NCBI GenBank assembly: GCA_951804945.1
Contig: OX638163.1
Location: 21,204,001-21,268,000 of the forward strand
DNA from: Podarcis cretensis
Lineage: Eukaryota
Direction: 5' to 3'
DNA length: 64,000 bases
Each line of letters starts with the position of its first letter. Position 1 is the stretch's first letter. A model generated the notes under the pieces. That model made no database searches and was not told where the DNA came from. It worked only from the letters and a program-made list of their open reading frames with translations. Shown here one piece after another: positions 1 to 12,850 of this stretch. The translations under genes were made by a program, and so were the position numbers.

Positions 1-629
1 GTTGGGCATAAGATACCTAGGGATCCCATTGAGAATTGAATTGGCACCTTTGCATGCAGAGCAGACGCTGTACTCAGTTAGCTATGGCTCCTGCTGTGGA
101 TGTCTGTGGCTTTCAAACTTACTTCCCCCAGGGCACAAGTGCCACATCAATTTATTCACTACAGAATGCTTGCCCATTGCAGAGGATTCTGGTAAATGTT
201 CCAGGGTACCCTCTTCCATGCCTTTCCCTTTTGCTCTCCACGAACAGAAACCACACTCTGCAGCAGGATGCTGTCAGCTCTCTGTGGCTGCTCTTGTGGT
301 GTACTGCATGGTTGAGCAAGGGTTTCGTTGAATATAGTCTGAATTAGAACCTGGTGGTGTGTTCAGCAAGCCCAACCCTCTCATTAGACAGTGTGAGGCA
401 GATTCTCAGGGGCAGCTGCAGCTCACAGTTATTGCTCCAGAGCCTCTAGCAACTCCCCTCTGTTGCCACTTAGCCTCCCTTTGTCCCGCCACTGCAGTTT
501 GGCCTGCTGCCTCAGGGTTGGTGGAGGATGCTCTCCCATTGCTAGTGTTCAAGTAAGATCCATTTGCCAGTTCGGTGGGATTCCAGGACCTGGAAGAGAG
601 CTCCATCTGGCCCAACCTTCAAACCTTTA

Positions 630-850
630 AGAGCCAGTGTGGCGTAGTGGTTAAAGTTTTGGACTAGGACCTGGGAGGCCAGAGTTCAAATCCGCACTTG
701 GCCATGGAGCCCCGGTCACTGCCTCTTATAGCCTAACCTACCTCAAAAGATTGTAGTGGGCGTTAAATGAGGAGGGGGGATAAACCATGTGTGCTACCTT
801 TCGCTCCTTGGAGGAAAAAAGAAGGGATCTAAATGTGATATATAAATAAA
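630..850 (+). mobile_element. Squam3/MIR-like tRNA-derived SINE
   Basis: GAGCCAGTGTGGCGTAGTGG A-box, GAGTTCAAATCC B-box, AT-rich tail. Confidence 0.8.
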
Positions 851-3800
851 CTATCCTTTCTGTCTTCAAATCTTTATTGTTATGATCAATGTAAGAAGCA
901 CACAAAACTTATTTTCCAGATATGCTGAGTAGGGTTTAAAATAAAACAATCAGTTCAGTCATTTATTCATTGCATTTCCATCCTACCTTTTCCTCTTAAA
1001 GAGCTCAAGGTGTGGTGTGCATGGCTCTGCCCCTCATTTAATGAGATTCGTGGCCAAGTGGGTAGGTGGGTGAGATTTGAGTCCTGGTCTCTTCCAGGTC
1101 CTCATCCCCACGCTGGCTCTTGCCTTCTTGACAGCAAATAGAATCTCTAAGCATTCTACAGGAGAACAAAGCATTAAAAGAATGGACATGGGACAAAGTT
1201 GCAAGCATCTGTTTGTTTGTTTGTTTACAAAAATAATAATTCAAAATACAGTTAAAATTGACGATTGAGCTGAAATATAACTAAATTGCATTTCAGCATT
1301 CCACATATCTAGATAGGCTTGCCTAAACAAAAATGCTTCTAGCCTTCGCCAAAAGGAGTACAGGGAAGGCGCATGCCTGATGTCAGTTGTTGCCTTGACC
1401 GTGTACATCCCCCTTGGTATGTGTTCTTGGAGAGGCACTGAGATATCTCTCTCTGTCTGTCTGTCTCTCTCTTGTTGTATGGACACATAGGCGTTTTCCT
1501 TCCACATTGGTTCCACACTTGCCTCACTTGCTGAGGGAAGAGTCTGGTGTTCTTGAGTCTATAGGATTCTTGCTGTGCTTTTGGCTCAAGCATTGATGAT
1601 GGAGCGTTTTTTTTCCAAATCTGGTGCCTCCAAAGATTGGAAATGTAAGCCTAGGCTTACCGGCTGCTTTGTTTCACTGAAGAAACGTGTTCTCCCATCC
1701 AGGAGTGACTCTGTTACCTTCTACACTTCACGATACGACATGTGAGTTGTCCCAAATATCAACAAAAGTTCTGTGCGTTTTTCAGATTGCAGGTAGACCA
1801 TTGATGGGGTTTTGCTGGATGAATTCTGCGCTGCTTCTCTGTTTTAAGCTTTGGTTTGCATGCATGATTTGAAATTAGTTGTATAATACCTCTGAATAGA
1901 GATTGAAGAGCAGCAGGAAAGGACCCCCCCTTTCTGATTGTTGGTTGATGTATTCTAAATTTTGTCTTTGCAGAAAAGTTTGCATTGCAGAGGGGGTTCG
2001 ACTGGATAATCCTTTGGGGGCCTCCCAACTCTTCAATTCTGTGACTCTATGAAATGAGAAATATGATTGCTGCCCAGCTTGGACCAGAATTTATTTATTT
2101 GTCCCAGTCAGCAAATTGTGTCCAATATTCTAGCCAGTGGGAATATTAAAAGAGTTTACCTGAACATATGCAGAGTGCCTTTTCCTCCCTTTGAGCAAGG
2201 GAGCCACCAGCTGCTACTGCTACTGCTGCTGCTGCGCTGACAGTCAGCTTTATTGAACACAGCCAAAGGCATTTCCAGTACAAAAATTATATAGTTTCTA
2301 AAGCAATGCATGAATTAAAGGAAATGCATGTTGCAGAAAGTCACAGGACAACCATTAGTAGCCATTTGTGCCATCCAGCAAGGGTGACAAAACATTGTGT
2401 TAAGATTTATAATACATGATAATTCTTGACAGTGCAAGTTTAGCTACCGAATGTGTAATGTGTTTATCAGCTAGACATTCTGAATACAGCTGAAGAATAG
2501 GGGATAAATATCTCTCTTTGGGCTCCAAATGGAAAGGGCAGAACATCAAATTTTATTTCTTACGCAAATTTTATTCCTAAAGACTATATATAATCTTTAT
2601 TCTCAATAATGAGAATAATATTATTATCCATAGGTGCATAATACTTTTATTTTTATAAATCTTTATTATTTGTAAAAGGAATATTTGTATAAGTTAATAC
2701 TTTATTATTTCTTTGGACCTGTACTATAGCTTTGTACTTTTGTCCTTCCATGCTGCGGCACTTAATGGCTTAAATTTTTGATTCTTTGTTATGTCTACAC
2801 TTCGTTGCAATTATCAAATCAATAAAAGAAAAGCAGATATGCATGGAGATATGCATAATATTTTAGATCTGATTACAACTGAATATCCATATCCATTCTG
2901 CAACTGAGATTCCAAGGTGTCTCCTGTCCAAATATGCTGAGGGCATCTGCCGAAACCTAGGTTTTGTAAAAGCTCCGAGGAGCTGGGAATAGAAATAATG
3001 GAGCCTTGAATGATTGATCTTGATTTTAGGTGTACCAGATGGGGGGGAAAAGCATCAACCACAGATGCTTTGTCTTGATCAACATCATGATCCAAAATCC
3101 AGTTCCTGAGAACATGGGGACTAAGATATTTCTGCATGGGGAGATTACAAATCCTTTGTCTATCTTTTATTTAGGGCTGCCATTTATCTGGGGGGAATTT
3201 TGGATTCTGAGGTTTTCCGTAAAAGAAAAAAGCTCAACAACTTTTTTATTATTATTTTCATTAATTATTTTATTTTGTTTATTGCCTACCCATCATCCTA
3301 AGGTCCTGGGGGGGGGCGGTTGCAATAGGAGTACTATTTAATAGATCTCTTACATGGAAGAACACAAAAATTATAACAGTGAAATAGCATTTCAAATGCT
3401 CCAACCAGCAAAGCTTAGCGTTCCAGGCTGTTTAGTCTATGACAATATCTGATGTACGCTAAACAGATTCTATCTGCAATCAATGAAGGACCAAGCTCAA
3501 GTCTCCCTGTGTCTTCTTCATAAACTTATTCTGCAGAATTTCCAGCTCAGATTTGGCTCCTATTCCCCAAGCTTATGCCCCACGTAACATTTGTGCTATG
3601 ATTTTAGCCACAAAGATCTCAAGAGCAGTATCGATTAATTAGCCACCTTTTGTATGGACCTGGCATACAGTAATTTAATTGCACCCATAAGAGTTTCTCA
3701 TCATGTGGATCTGTTCAAGGGCATGCCCATCTAATGACCACCTGAACTTAGGTGCCTTCTTCCTATGTCTAATGGCCTTAGTTTTCCTATTGTTTACTGC

Positions 3801-3956
3801 CAGCTGATCTTCTTTTACAGAGTTGCCCAAATTTGGTTAATGTTCCTTTAAAGCCTGTTCTGTTCAAGGAGAGCAAGACCAGGTCATCAGCCCAAAGCAT
3901 TTCAGACAAAATACGATTTCCAATTGAAGGGTGAAAGTAGGAAGGGGAAAGCCGTA

Positions 3957-4204
3957 CAGTCATACCTCGGGTTGAATGTGCTTCGGGATGAGCGTGTTCA
4001 AGTTGTACTCCGCGGCAACCCGGAAGTAACGGAGTATGTTACTTGCGGGTTTCGCCGCTTGCGCATGCGCAGACGCTCAAAATGACGTCATGGGCAGAAG
4101 CACCGAAACGTGACCCGTGCAGATGCGCGGACACGGGTTACGTTTGCTTCTAAATGTGAACGGGGCTCCGGAACGGATCCCGTTCTCATCTACAGGTACC
4201 ACTG
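3957..4204. mobile_element. Tigger-like (TcMar) MITE
   Basis: TA|CAGTCATACCTCGG ... AGGTACCACTG|TA. Confidence 0.82.
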
Positions 4205-5207
4205 TACCTGGATTTAAATAGTTAATAGTTACTAGAAATTACGCCAAAATATAGCCTTGTTTCATTCCTTGCTTGATAAGAAATGCTCGTGATAAGGCAA
4301 ATAATTCTCTTGATGTTGTAACTGAATAACCAGAGTATTATTTTATCAATGTTTATGCTATAATCACTCTCTGTTAAATTAAAGGCTGATGAACATGAAC
4401 AGTAGCTATAAAAATGAACTTGTTTGGATTGTTGGTGTGTTCACAAATTTGCTGATAAGTCTGGTCTACAGTACTCCTGCCCTGCATGAAACCTGCTTGT
4501 TTTTCACAGATTATTTCCTATCCCATTCTTGTAACTTATTTAGTTAACTTATATAGTTTAGAGACTACATCTTATATAGTTTAGAGACTACATCTAAAAG
4601 ACTGGTAGGTCTGTAGCTCCAAGGCTCTGAGCGATCACTTTTCTTAAGGATTGGCATGGCACAACTATACGGGAACGCCATCTTGAAGGAAAGTGACCAG
4701 TTGTGTTGCTAAGTTCGCCAGAATTGGAGACCACCAACTAACAGCTAAAGTCATGTCTTCCGCTCTGCTCTGCAAGTCAGCCCTATGAATAATTGCCTAA
4801 ACCAGATGCCTAACTCTGTGTGAGATCAGGCAGTGAGCCTTCCCGATGCACAGGGTCATCAGAGCTTGAGGCATTCAAACCCACAAAGATGAAAAACATC
4901 CTCTCCCCTGGTATGTAGTTGAGCAGCTTTGTAGAAGTCTAGGTCTACTTGCCAAGAAGGTGGCGTCCAGCCCTGAGGAGGAAAAAAACGCTATTTTGCA
5001 TGGTGTCTTTCAAAAGTGGTGAGCACTTTGCTCTTAGGTTCTTTTTTTGCGTAAAAACATAAATTGGGTTTGTGCTAAGTCAGGGTAGTGCTAAGTCAGT
5101 AGTTCTGTTGGCGCAAAGATTTCTCCTTGCACAGCAGAACTTTCCCACTTCTTCTCTCTCTCCCCCCCCACCTCCTAAATCTATGCTGGGGTTCCTCCAG
5201 TCCTCTG

Positions 5208-5448
5208 GAGCCAGTGTGGCATAATGGTTAGGGTGTGGGACTGTGACCTGAGAGAGCAGGGTTCAAATCCCCACTCAGCCATGAAGCTCACTGGGTGACT
5301 TTGGGCCAGTCAGCATCTCTTGGCCTAACCTACCTCATAGGGTTGTTGTGAGGATGAAATGAGGAGGAGGAGAACCATCTACACCACCCTGAGCTCCTTG
5401 GAAGGTAAAGGGAGTTTATAAATGTAATAAAGAAAGAAATAAAATAAA
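5208..5448 (+). mobile_element. Squam3/MIR-like SINE
   Basis: A/B boxes, CCATGAAGCTCACTGGGTGACTTTGGGCCAGTC core, (AAAT)-like tail. Confidence 0.85.
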
Positions 5449-7250
5449 GATGCAGGGAACATGAGACATAGAGAGGGAGATGCCTTGTTGTGCTAACAGT
5501 AGTCCTTGAGCTGATTGGACACTTTAGTTCTGTGGTTCCCCAAGTGGGCAATAGCACATACCCACACCCCAGGGAGTACTAACAGGCAGGGAGGCGCTGG
5601 AGGTTTCAGTGGCTGTCAGACTTCAAAAAACTGGTATCACCAGATCAAGTTCATCAGTTTTGTTAAATTAATTAAACTGAATAGTTTCAATTGCATTTTG
5701 AATAAATGTGCGATTAATCATTGCTGTTCTGAATTTTCATTGTCTTGTTACCTTCCTTAGTGGAATGTGCAAACCGCTATTCTGAATCATGCTTTTTATA
5801 GGGCAGGGGGCATTGGGGCTGAGTTTACGGGAACCAACCTTCAAAAACAGTTCAGGAAGCCTTCATGCAGGAAAACCAATCTCTGCGTTTTCCTAAATAC
5901 TCTGCTTTTTGGTTCCTGTTTAGGACCCTTAAATCAGGCCAACCTGTGACTCTCAGTGCTGGCTGGAGCTGATGGAGGTTGGAAGGCAACAACTTCAGGA
6001 GGGCCACAGGCTCCCCACCCTTCCTTTGATTATTCAAAGACCTGAACCTCTCATGTATTATTTAATCTTTACCCATCTCATCCCAATACAGTATTTTTCT
6101 GCCCTAACCACCGGAAGACAGGGTTATTATGATTAATACATCCAGCACTTCACTTGCAAATAGCATCCCTACGGAATAGCATCCCTGTAATCGCCAACTG
6201 CCTGCACTTTCTATAAACAATCAAAAGATATCGTTGATTCGAAAGGTTTTCTGTTAGGGTTTTAGTCTTGTTCTAAATGCACTTGCTGTTTTTAACTTGT
6301 TTAAATCACTTTGAGATGGTGGTTTAGAAACTGACAGATTGCTCATGATTATGATAATAAAATATACTACTACTATCACTACTATTAATGTTAATAATGT
6401 CCTCTCCTAGAGGCTCATTTTCTATGGGAACTTCAACCAACAGACAGCCTTTGGGTGTTAAAGTGTATTAGAGTTATTTCTTGTCTTGGGGCATTTTTTT
6501 CTGCATTGGGGTAGCACAGTCTCCTCCACTCCCCATGGTCAGATTCACCATATTTTTATTTAAATCATAGCAATCAATTCTAAATCTGTCTCTATGCTTA
6601 TAAATCAGCACACCGATTTAATGCAAAATCTGTATCTTCTGGTGATGCATTTCTTCCTTTTGGGCTGTGAATCCCGTTCTGCATATTTGAATTTAAATAT
6701 TCACATGACTTCATTTCCCTCTTTTTAGGAGAACTTTAGAATGCTTTTTTTGCCAGAAGCAGCTAAAATTTCACCTCTATAATATGTACAAGGATTCCCT
6801 CCTCCCTTCTGAATAACCCCCATTGTGAAGACAGTTGTAACAGAAGAACAGTAAGAAGACTTAAACACATAGTTCCTAACTTGTAATTTGTGGAGGGAGG
6901 CAATAGCAGCAGCAATGGGGGTGTGGAAGTGAGACTCAGGTGGCAATTAATTAATTCAGGTAATATTATGCAATGGAAGCAGGGCAGCAGCGGACTAAGA
7001 ACACCTAAAACTTAGAAATAAATTCCTTGCCCTCCAACCAAGAGCTCAGAGCAGCTGAGAGCACTTGTAGGCTGCATACTTTTTGCCATTCAGTTCATTT
7101 TCATTGTTAATTATTACTGTACTAGAGGTTATTTACAACCAAAATATTTTTTAAAAAACCACCCCATATTTCCACCCTATAACTACAGTACAGTTGTATT
7201 TTATGCTGTTGTTTGGTTCCAGGGGTTCAATATGTGCACAAAAATGTGTA

Positions 7251-7481
7251 CAGTTGTACCTTGGTTTTCAAACAGCTTAGTTCTCAAACATTTTGGCTCC
7301 CGAATGCCGCAAACCCAGACGTGACTGTTCCGGTTTGCGAACTATTTTTGGAAGCCGAATGTCCGACGCTGCTTCCGATTGGCTGCAGGAGTTTTCTGTA
7401 GCTAATCGGAAGCTGAGCTTTGGTTTTGGAAGTCGAAAGGGCTTCCGGAACAGATTCTGTTCGACTTCCAAGGTATGACTG
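7251..7481. mobile_element. Tigger-like (TcMar) MITE
   Basis: TA|CAGTTGTACCTTGG ... CCAAGGTATGACTG|TA. Confidence 0.82.
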
Positions 7482-8332
7482 TATACTCAACCTTCCTCCA
7501 TACGAGCATCTCAACTTTCCAGAGTGACTGTGCTGAGAGGGCCCTGCTAATGTGAAATCTCCTGGGATCTCAAGATAGCCCTGTGAGATCTCGTGAGTGC
7601 ATCCCAGAACCAACGTGACAAGGAGGGCCTTGTCCCCCCAAACAAGGCTGAGAGCTGAAAGGATATTTTTGCTCCAGGAAAACCTAGTGCAAAAAGAGCT
7701 TTGAAGCTCTCCACCTTTATCTTGCAGAATTTCAACCCGTCAGTCTTCAGCTGCGTATGATTGAAGTCACATTAGTTCAATGCCCATAAGATGTACACAA
7801 AGCATAGCTAAAAGCGAACAGAATCCAAAATGAACCAGTAATTCATTTTGCATAGGGTACTTTGAAATAATACTGTGCTCACAAAATATCAGCAAATGTT
7901 AACGTTACTGTCCCCCAAAGCAACTCCTTAGCATTAATAATAATAATAATAATAAGTATCTGACTTCAGACTAAGAAGACAAAGCTTGCAAAATATGTAG
8001 GACAGGGTTCAACTGTTCAAGACTGCAATGAACTGCTAAGCTATTATGTATTTATATTTGGTTCAGGTCAAGCTGATCTTCTCTCGTCGATCTTGCCTAA
8101 TAAACAGCTGGCTAGTGGTTGTTGTTCCTTCGGCCAATGGACAGGGCAAGACTGTCCTTTCGCCTCCTTTCTGCAGTCCCAGGCCATCTGTCACGGCTAT
8201 GAATTCAGCAGGGTTGAGTTTGCATATAACACTTAATGTGGTTCCTGACAAATTTAAGGGGAAACACGGACCCTTTTCTCTTTTCTGAAACCACACCCAC
8301 ATCTTCCTCATTTACTGTTTGGAGGAGATATT

Positions 8333-8555
8333 GAGCCAGTTGTGATGTGGTAGCTGGAGTGTCGGACTAGGACCTTGGAGACCAGAGTTCAAATCACCAG
8401 TTGGCCACGAAGCTTACTGGGTGATCTTGGGCCAGTCACTACTTGTCAGCTGGACCTACCTTGCAGGGTTGCTCTGAGGATAAAATGGGGAGGAGAAAGA
8501 CTATGCATGTCACCTTGAACTCCTTGCAGGAAAGGTGAGTTATAAATGAGATAAT
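8333..8555 (+). mobile_element. Squam3/MIR-like SINE
   Basis: Similar to the 5208 copy. Confidence 0.8.
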
Positions 8556-8927
8556 TAGATCAATAATGAATACCATAAACTGTGTCTCGTTCTCCCTCCC
8601 TTTTTTGGAGTCGGAGGAGTAGCTTCCACAGACCAGACACTATATGGTTTTGTGGAATCCTTTATGTTTTTCTGACTAGAACCCTGTGGTCCACTAACTG
8701 GAACCAGGTCCCATATAGTGGCTTTTGCCTGATGTGCTTTTATGTGATGTGTGTGCTTTGTGTGTGTGCAGGTGCAGAACATAGCTTTAAGGACCAGGGT
8801 TCCTCTAGGCATTTGCTTAGCCCACAAATCATGACTAGGTCACAGAATCCACTACTCCTGATTAGTCTTTAGATGGTTTGGGCAGGATTTTTGTCAATTG
8901 GTCAGTCATTAATGGTTGAGGGTGTTG

Positions 8928-9303
8928 GGTTTGTTTAGCCTGGAGGAGAGAAGACTGATGTTCTAAGACATGATAGCCATATTCAATTATCTGAACGGCC
9001 GTCACATAGGAGATGGAGCCAGCTTGTTTTCTACTGCTACAGGGGGTAGGACACAAACCAGTGGCTTCAAGTTACAAGAAAGGAGATTCCAGCTAAACAT
9101 CAGGAAGAACTTTCTGACAGTCAGAGCTATTTGATAGTGGGGTGGACTTACCTTGGAAAGTAGTAGGCTCCTCTTCTTTGAAGGCTTTCAAGCAGAGGTT
9201 GGATGGCCATCTTGTTAGAGATTCTTTAGCTAGATTCTTGCATTGCAGAGGGTACGACTGGATGACCTTGTGGTCTCTTCTGACTTTGCATGATTCTGTG
9301 ATT
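8928..9303 (+). mobile_element. CR1 LINE 3' fragment
   Basis: FSLEERRL...KLQERRFQLNIRKNFLTVRA remnants and ATGATTCTGTGATT tail. Confidence 0.85.
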
Positions 9304-10183
9304 TATTATCCCATCACAGGCCCAGAGCATACAAAGAATAGAAACGTTGAAGATTAATTAAAACATTTCCTTGTTTAAAATTCAGTATGATGCAAAAGAT
9401 AAGATATGCACATATTTAAAATACTATATGATATGGAAAATAAAAACATGAGATACAATTTGCAATTAACGTGGAAGTTTCATCTTCGGAGACCTTTCAG
9501 CTGAGAAGCAAAACTTGGTCATTAACGTTGTTATTCATTTTATCCGCCAAGAAATATTCCATTCCTGGGTCTTGCCAGAGTGTTTCTTCATAAGGGACAA
9601 AAGCTTTTTGTTGCTTCGAGATCTGCTGGTATATCCCAGTCTACCTTCTGTCCTGTCCTGCCATATATAGTGGCCATTTGCATGTGTTCTATTCGCATCT
9701 TGGGGTGTTAGGGATAATCCTTGTTAAAGGTACCTCCGTTGTTAATCCTCTTCTTGTTCTTAAGGGGAATTCAAATATCTCTTTTTGTAATGTTTATTTC
9801 CCAATAAACTGAGTCCCTTCCTCCAACTCCTTAGAATCTGCATCTCGGAGTGGCAGATGTCTGTCATATCTCTCTGGCATGCATAGGTGTATGTAAATGG
9901 ACATGCATGATCTCAGAATGTCAGATTGCTATTTGCTGTGGACTAGTATACCCAGCCCCCCGCCCCCGCCTGGACAACTGTCTGTCCAGATAAGTAAATT
10001 TATTAGACAGACAGGCAGCCTTTGAGTAGCATCTCTTCTAGACGTAGTATCTCTGTTATGAGATTCAAACCCTCTTGCATGTGATTTTTTAAAGATTTTT
10101 TCAAAGAACAAACTTACCAGCACACATTGCTTCGAATGCCACGGTAGGACAGACTATTCTAAGATAAAATGGAAACCCTCTTA

Positions 10184-10337
10184 GAATCATAGAGTTGGAA
10201 GGGACCCTGAGGGTCATCTAGTCCAACCCCCTGCAATGCAGGAATATGCAGCTGTCCCATGCAGGGATCAAACCTGCAACATTATTAGCTGTTATTAGCA
10301 CCACACTCTTGTCAGCTCTAACCAACTGAGCTATCCT
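10184..10337 (-). mobile_element. tRNA-Ile(AAT)-headed SINE with CR1 3' tail
   Basis: Minus strand GGATAGCTCAGTTGGTTAGAGC...GTGGTGCTAATAAC...GGTTTGATCC followed by ATTCCTGCATTGCAGGGGGTTGGACTAGATG...ATGATTCT. Confidence 0.78.
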
Positions 10338-11966
10338 GTCTTGCAAGGTCTCTGTTTCCGATGCTGTTTAAAATCTCCAAGGGCTTGCAAGGCCTCAGAC
10401 GTGAATTCTGGTGCTTCATGAGGCACCGGAAGTTGTGTCGGGGGTCCAGCAATGTGGGTTCTGAGCACCCACAACAAAATTTTTGTGGGTGCTCAGGCCC
10501 CTGGGGCCCCCTATAGTTGGCACCCCTGACCTGATCCAGCAGGGCTGTTCTTGTGTTAAGCAGACAATGTGTTAGCAGGTAATTTCTGGTGTTGGTGACA
10601 GAGAGCATCTAACATGTGGGCTGGTGTGCGCTGCTCTTGCTAACAAGTTTGTTACCAGGTGAAATTCAAGGTGGTGAGGCTCTGCTTTTAACCTGAGCAT
10701 TGATTGCTAAAGGTGTGTCTTCTTCCATATGAGACCTTCCCATTCTTTAAGAACTTGCTTAGATTATTTTCTTTGTGTGCTGGTGGTCATTGTGGAGAGA
10801 GCTTTCTTGATGGCGGCCTACAGATTACAGAACCAGTAGCCTATTCATTCATTCATAGCATTTGTACCCTGTTCTTTAGCTGAAAGGGCTTCCAGAACTG
10901 CTAACGAAAATGAGTAGTAAGGCAGTCTTTGTCCTTAGGATTACATTCTTAAAGTTAAGGTTCTTGTAATGGACAGCTGGTATGGAGAGTTCAGGAAGCC
11001 TGATGGAATGATTGCTGCTGGGTAGCAATTGAGGGAGCACATATGTCTTTTTCGGTACCCTAACGGAACAGCATCCAGCAGATTCAGGGCTGTGTCTCTT
11101 CAAAGGAAACTGTAAACAAGCTTTTAATGTTTGCCACATCTTTTGGGAGAGGGAATGCTCACTGTTCCTTTACATAGTTGCATTGATGTTTTCACTGCAT
11201 TTTTTAAAAAAATTATTATTCTCCATCTGGAGAACAGCAGGCAAAATATTTTTCACAAATAAATATAAATGCAGAATGCAGCAGGTAAGAAATTTTTGGG
11301 AGGTTCAGACAGTAAACCTTAACATGAGAACAAAGGTTTTTGCAGTGGGGCACTTTGATCACTCTTCTTTTTCCCTTTGGCATGCTAGAAGGGATTTTCT
11401 TAAGCCAGCCTCAAAAAAAATTATTTGCTTCTGAAATGGTTATGCTTTCAGGCTAATTTGTATTTGATGGAAGATTAATATACAGTAGCTGGGCCAAACA
11501 AGCATCTAGTTCTCACTGAGGTTGTCAGTCAGTACCAACTGACTGTACCAATTCAGACTGCACATGGGGGCCCATGTGACTGACAGTTCCTGCATGTCAG
11601 GAAAAAAGGACAAAGTCTTACACATTAAAAATGAGTTCTCTGGGTTGAAGACTTTTTACCTGACCTGCTAACTCTTCATACGTAGGAACCATTTTTGTTC
11701 GGGTACCATTTCATGGTCAAAACCATCACCTGCAATCTGAAGCGGTACAGTGCAGGTTCTAAGTCAGACTACAATGTCCACCAGCACCTGCAGGTCAGAC
11801 TACAACTCCCAGCAACCCCTGTGGGCTGGACTACAACTCCCATCACCCCCTGCATCATATGGCCAGGCTGTAGAGGCCTTGGCCACACACCCATCTCTGT
11901 TCATATGACTTTGTCTCTTTGCCAGATCAGCCCAAGTGAGCCACTGGTGTTTGTTGGTCTTTGCAG

Positions 11967-12477
11967 GCAGAACCCGGAGCACCAGCTGCAGCAGAGGCCT
12001 CCTCACCACCACAGCCCAACGTCTTCACTCACCTCCTTGGGCTCCATGACGCTCCTGCAGTCGCTGCCTCCCTCCAGGGTGTCTCCTTCCCAGCCTCCAA
12101 ACACCCCTGTCCAAGGAGACCCTTTCTCCCAGCAACGGACCCAGCAGCTCTTTCTGCCAAGCCATGTCCACCAGGGAGAGCTTTACCGGCTGTGCCAGCC
12201 TGTGGTTGGGCAGCCGCAGCAGCATTTCCAGCAGCAGCAGCAGATGCAGATGCAGATGCAAATGCAGCAGCAACAACATCATCAGCATCAGCAAGGGGAC
12301 TCCTACTCGGCCCTCAGCAGGCCCCAGCCGACCCCTTCCCCATACCAGCAGATGCCTGTCGACCCTTTCGCCATTGTCTCCAGGGCCCAGCAGATGGTGG
12401 AGATCCTCTCTGATGAGAACAGAGCTTTGCGCCAGGAGCTGGAAGGGTGCTATGAGAAAGTAGCCAGGCTCCAAAAG
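11967..12477 (+). CDS. AMOT: Angiomotin coding exon (second coding exon; Q/H-rich region and start of coiled-coil)
   Basis: tttgcag acceptor and AAG|gtaaga donor; encodes HSPTSSLTS...[39 protein letters not shown], matching recalled human AMOT. Confidence 0.95.
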
Positions 12478-12850
12478 GTAAGAACTGGTGGAACCTCCCC
12501 ATCCCACCCCCATTTAGTATTTCATTCTTAGGAGTGTAAGAAGCGCCCTTCAGACCACTGCCCTTCCAAGTCCAGCATCCTGTTCTCACAGCGGCCAACC
12601 AGATGCCTGTATGGAATCCGCAGGCCGGGCCTGAGCACAAGAGCCCTTTCCTGTCCTGCAGTTTCCATCAACAGCATTGTTGCCTCTGACGCGGAGGCCA
12701 AGTGCAGCCTCCATCATGGCTAGTAGCCGTTGATAGCTTTATCCTCCATTAATTTGCCCACTCCTCTTTCTAAGCCATCCAAGTTGTTGGCCCTCACTGC
12801 CTCCTGTGGGAGGGAGTTCCACAGTTTAACTGTGCGCTGAGTAAAGAAGT

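Noticed and set aside
11695-11966. 5' extension of the 278-aa ORF
   Set aside because: It lies upstream of the splice acceptor and contains MITE-derived GACTACAACTCCC copies, so it is intronic read-through.
11961-12513. Overlapping Ala-rich, Ser-rich and antisense Leu/His-rich ORFs
   Set aside because: Alternative-frame shadows of the CAG-rich AMOT exon.
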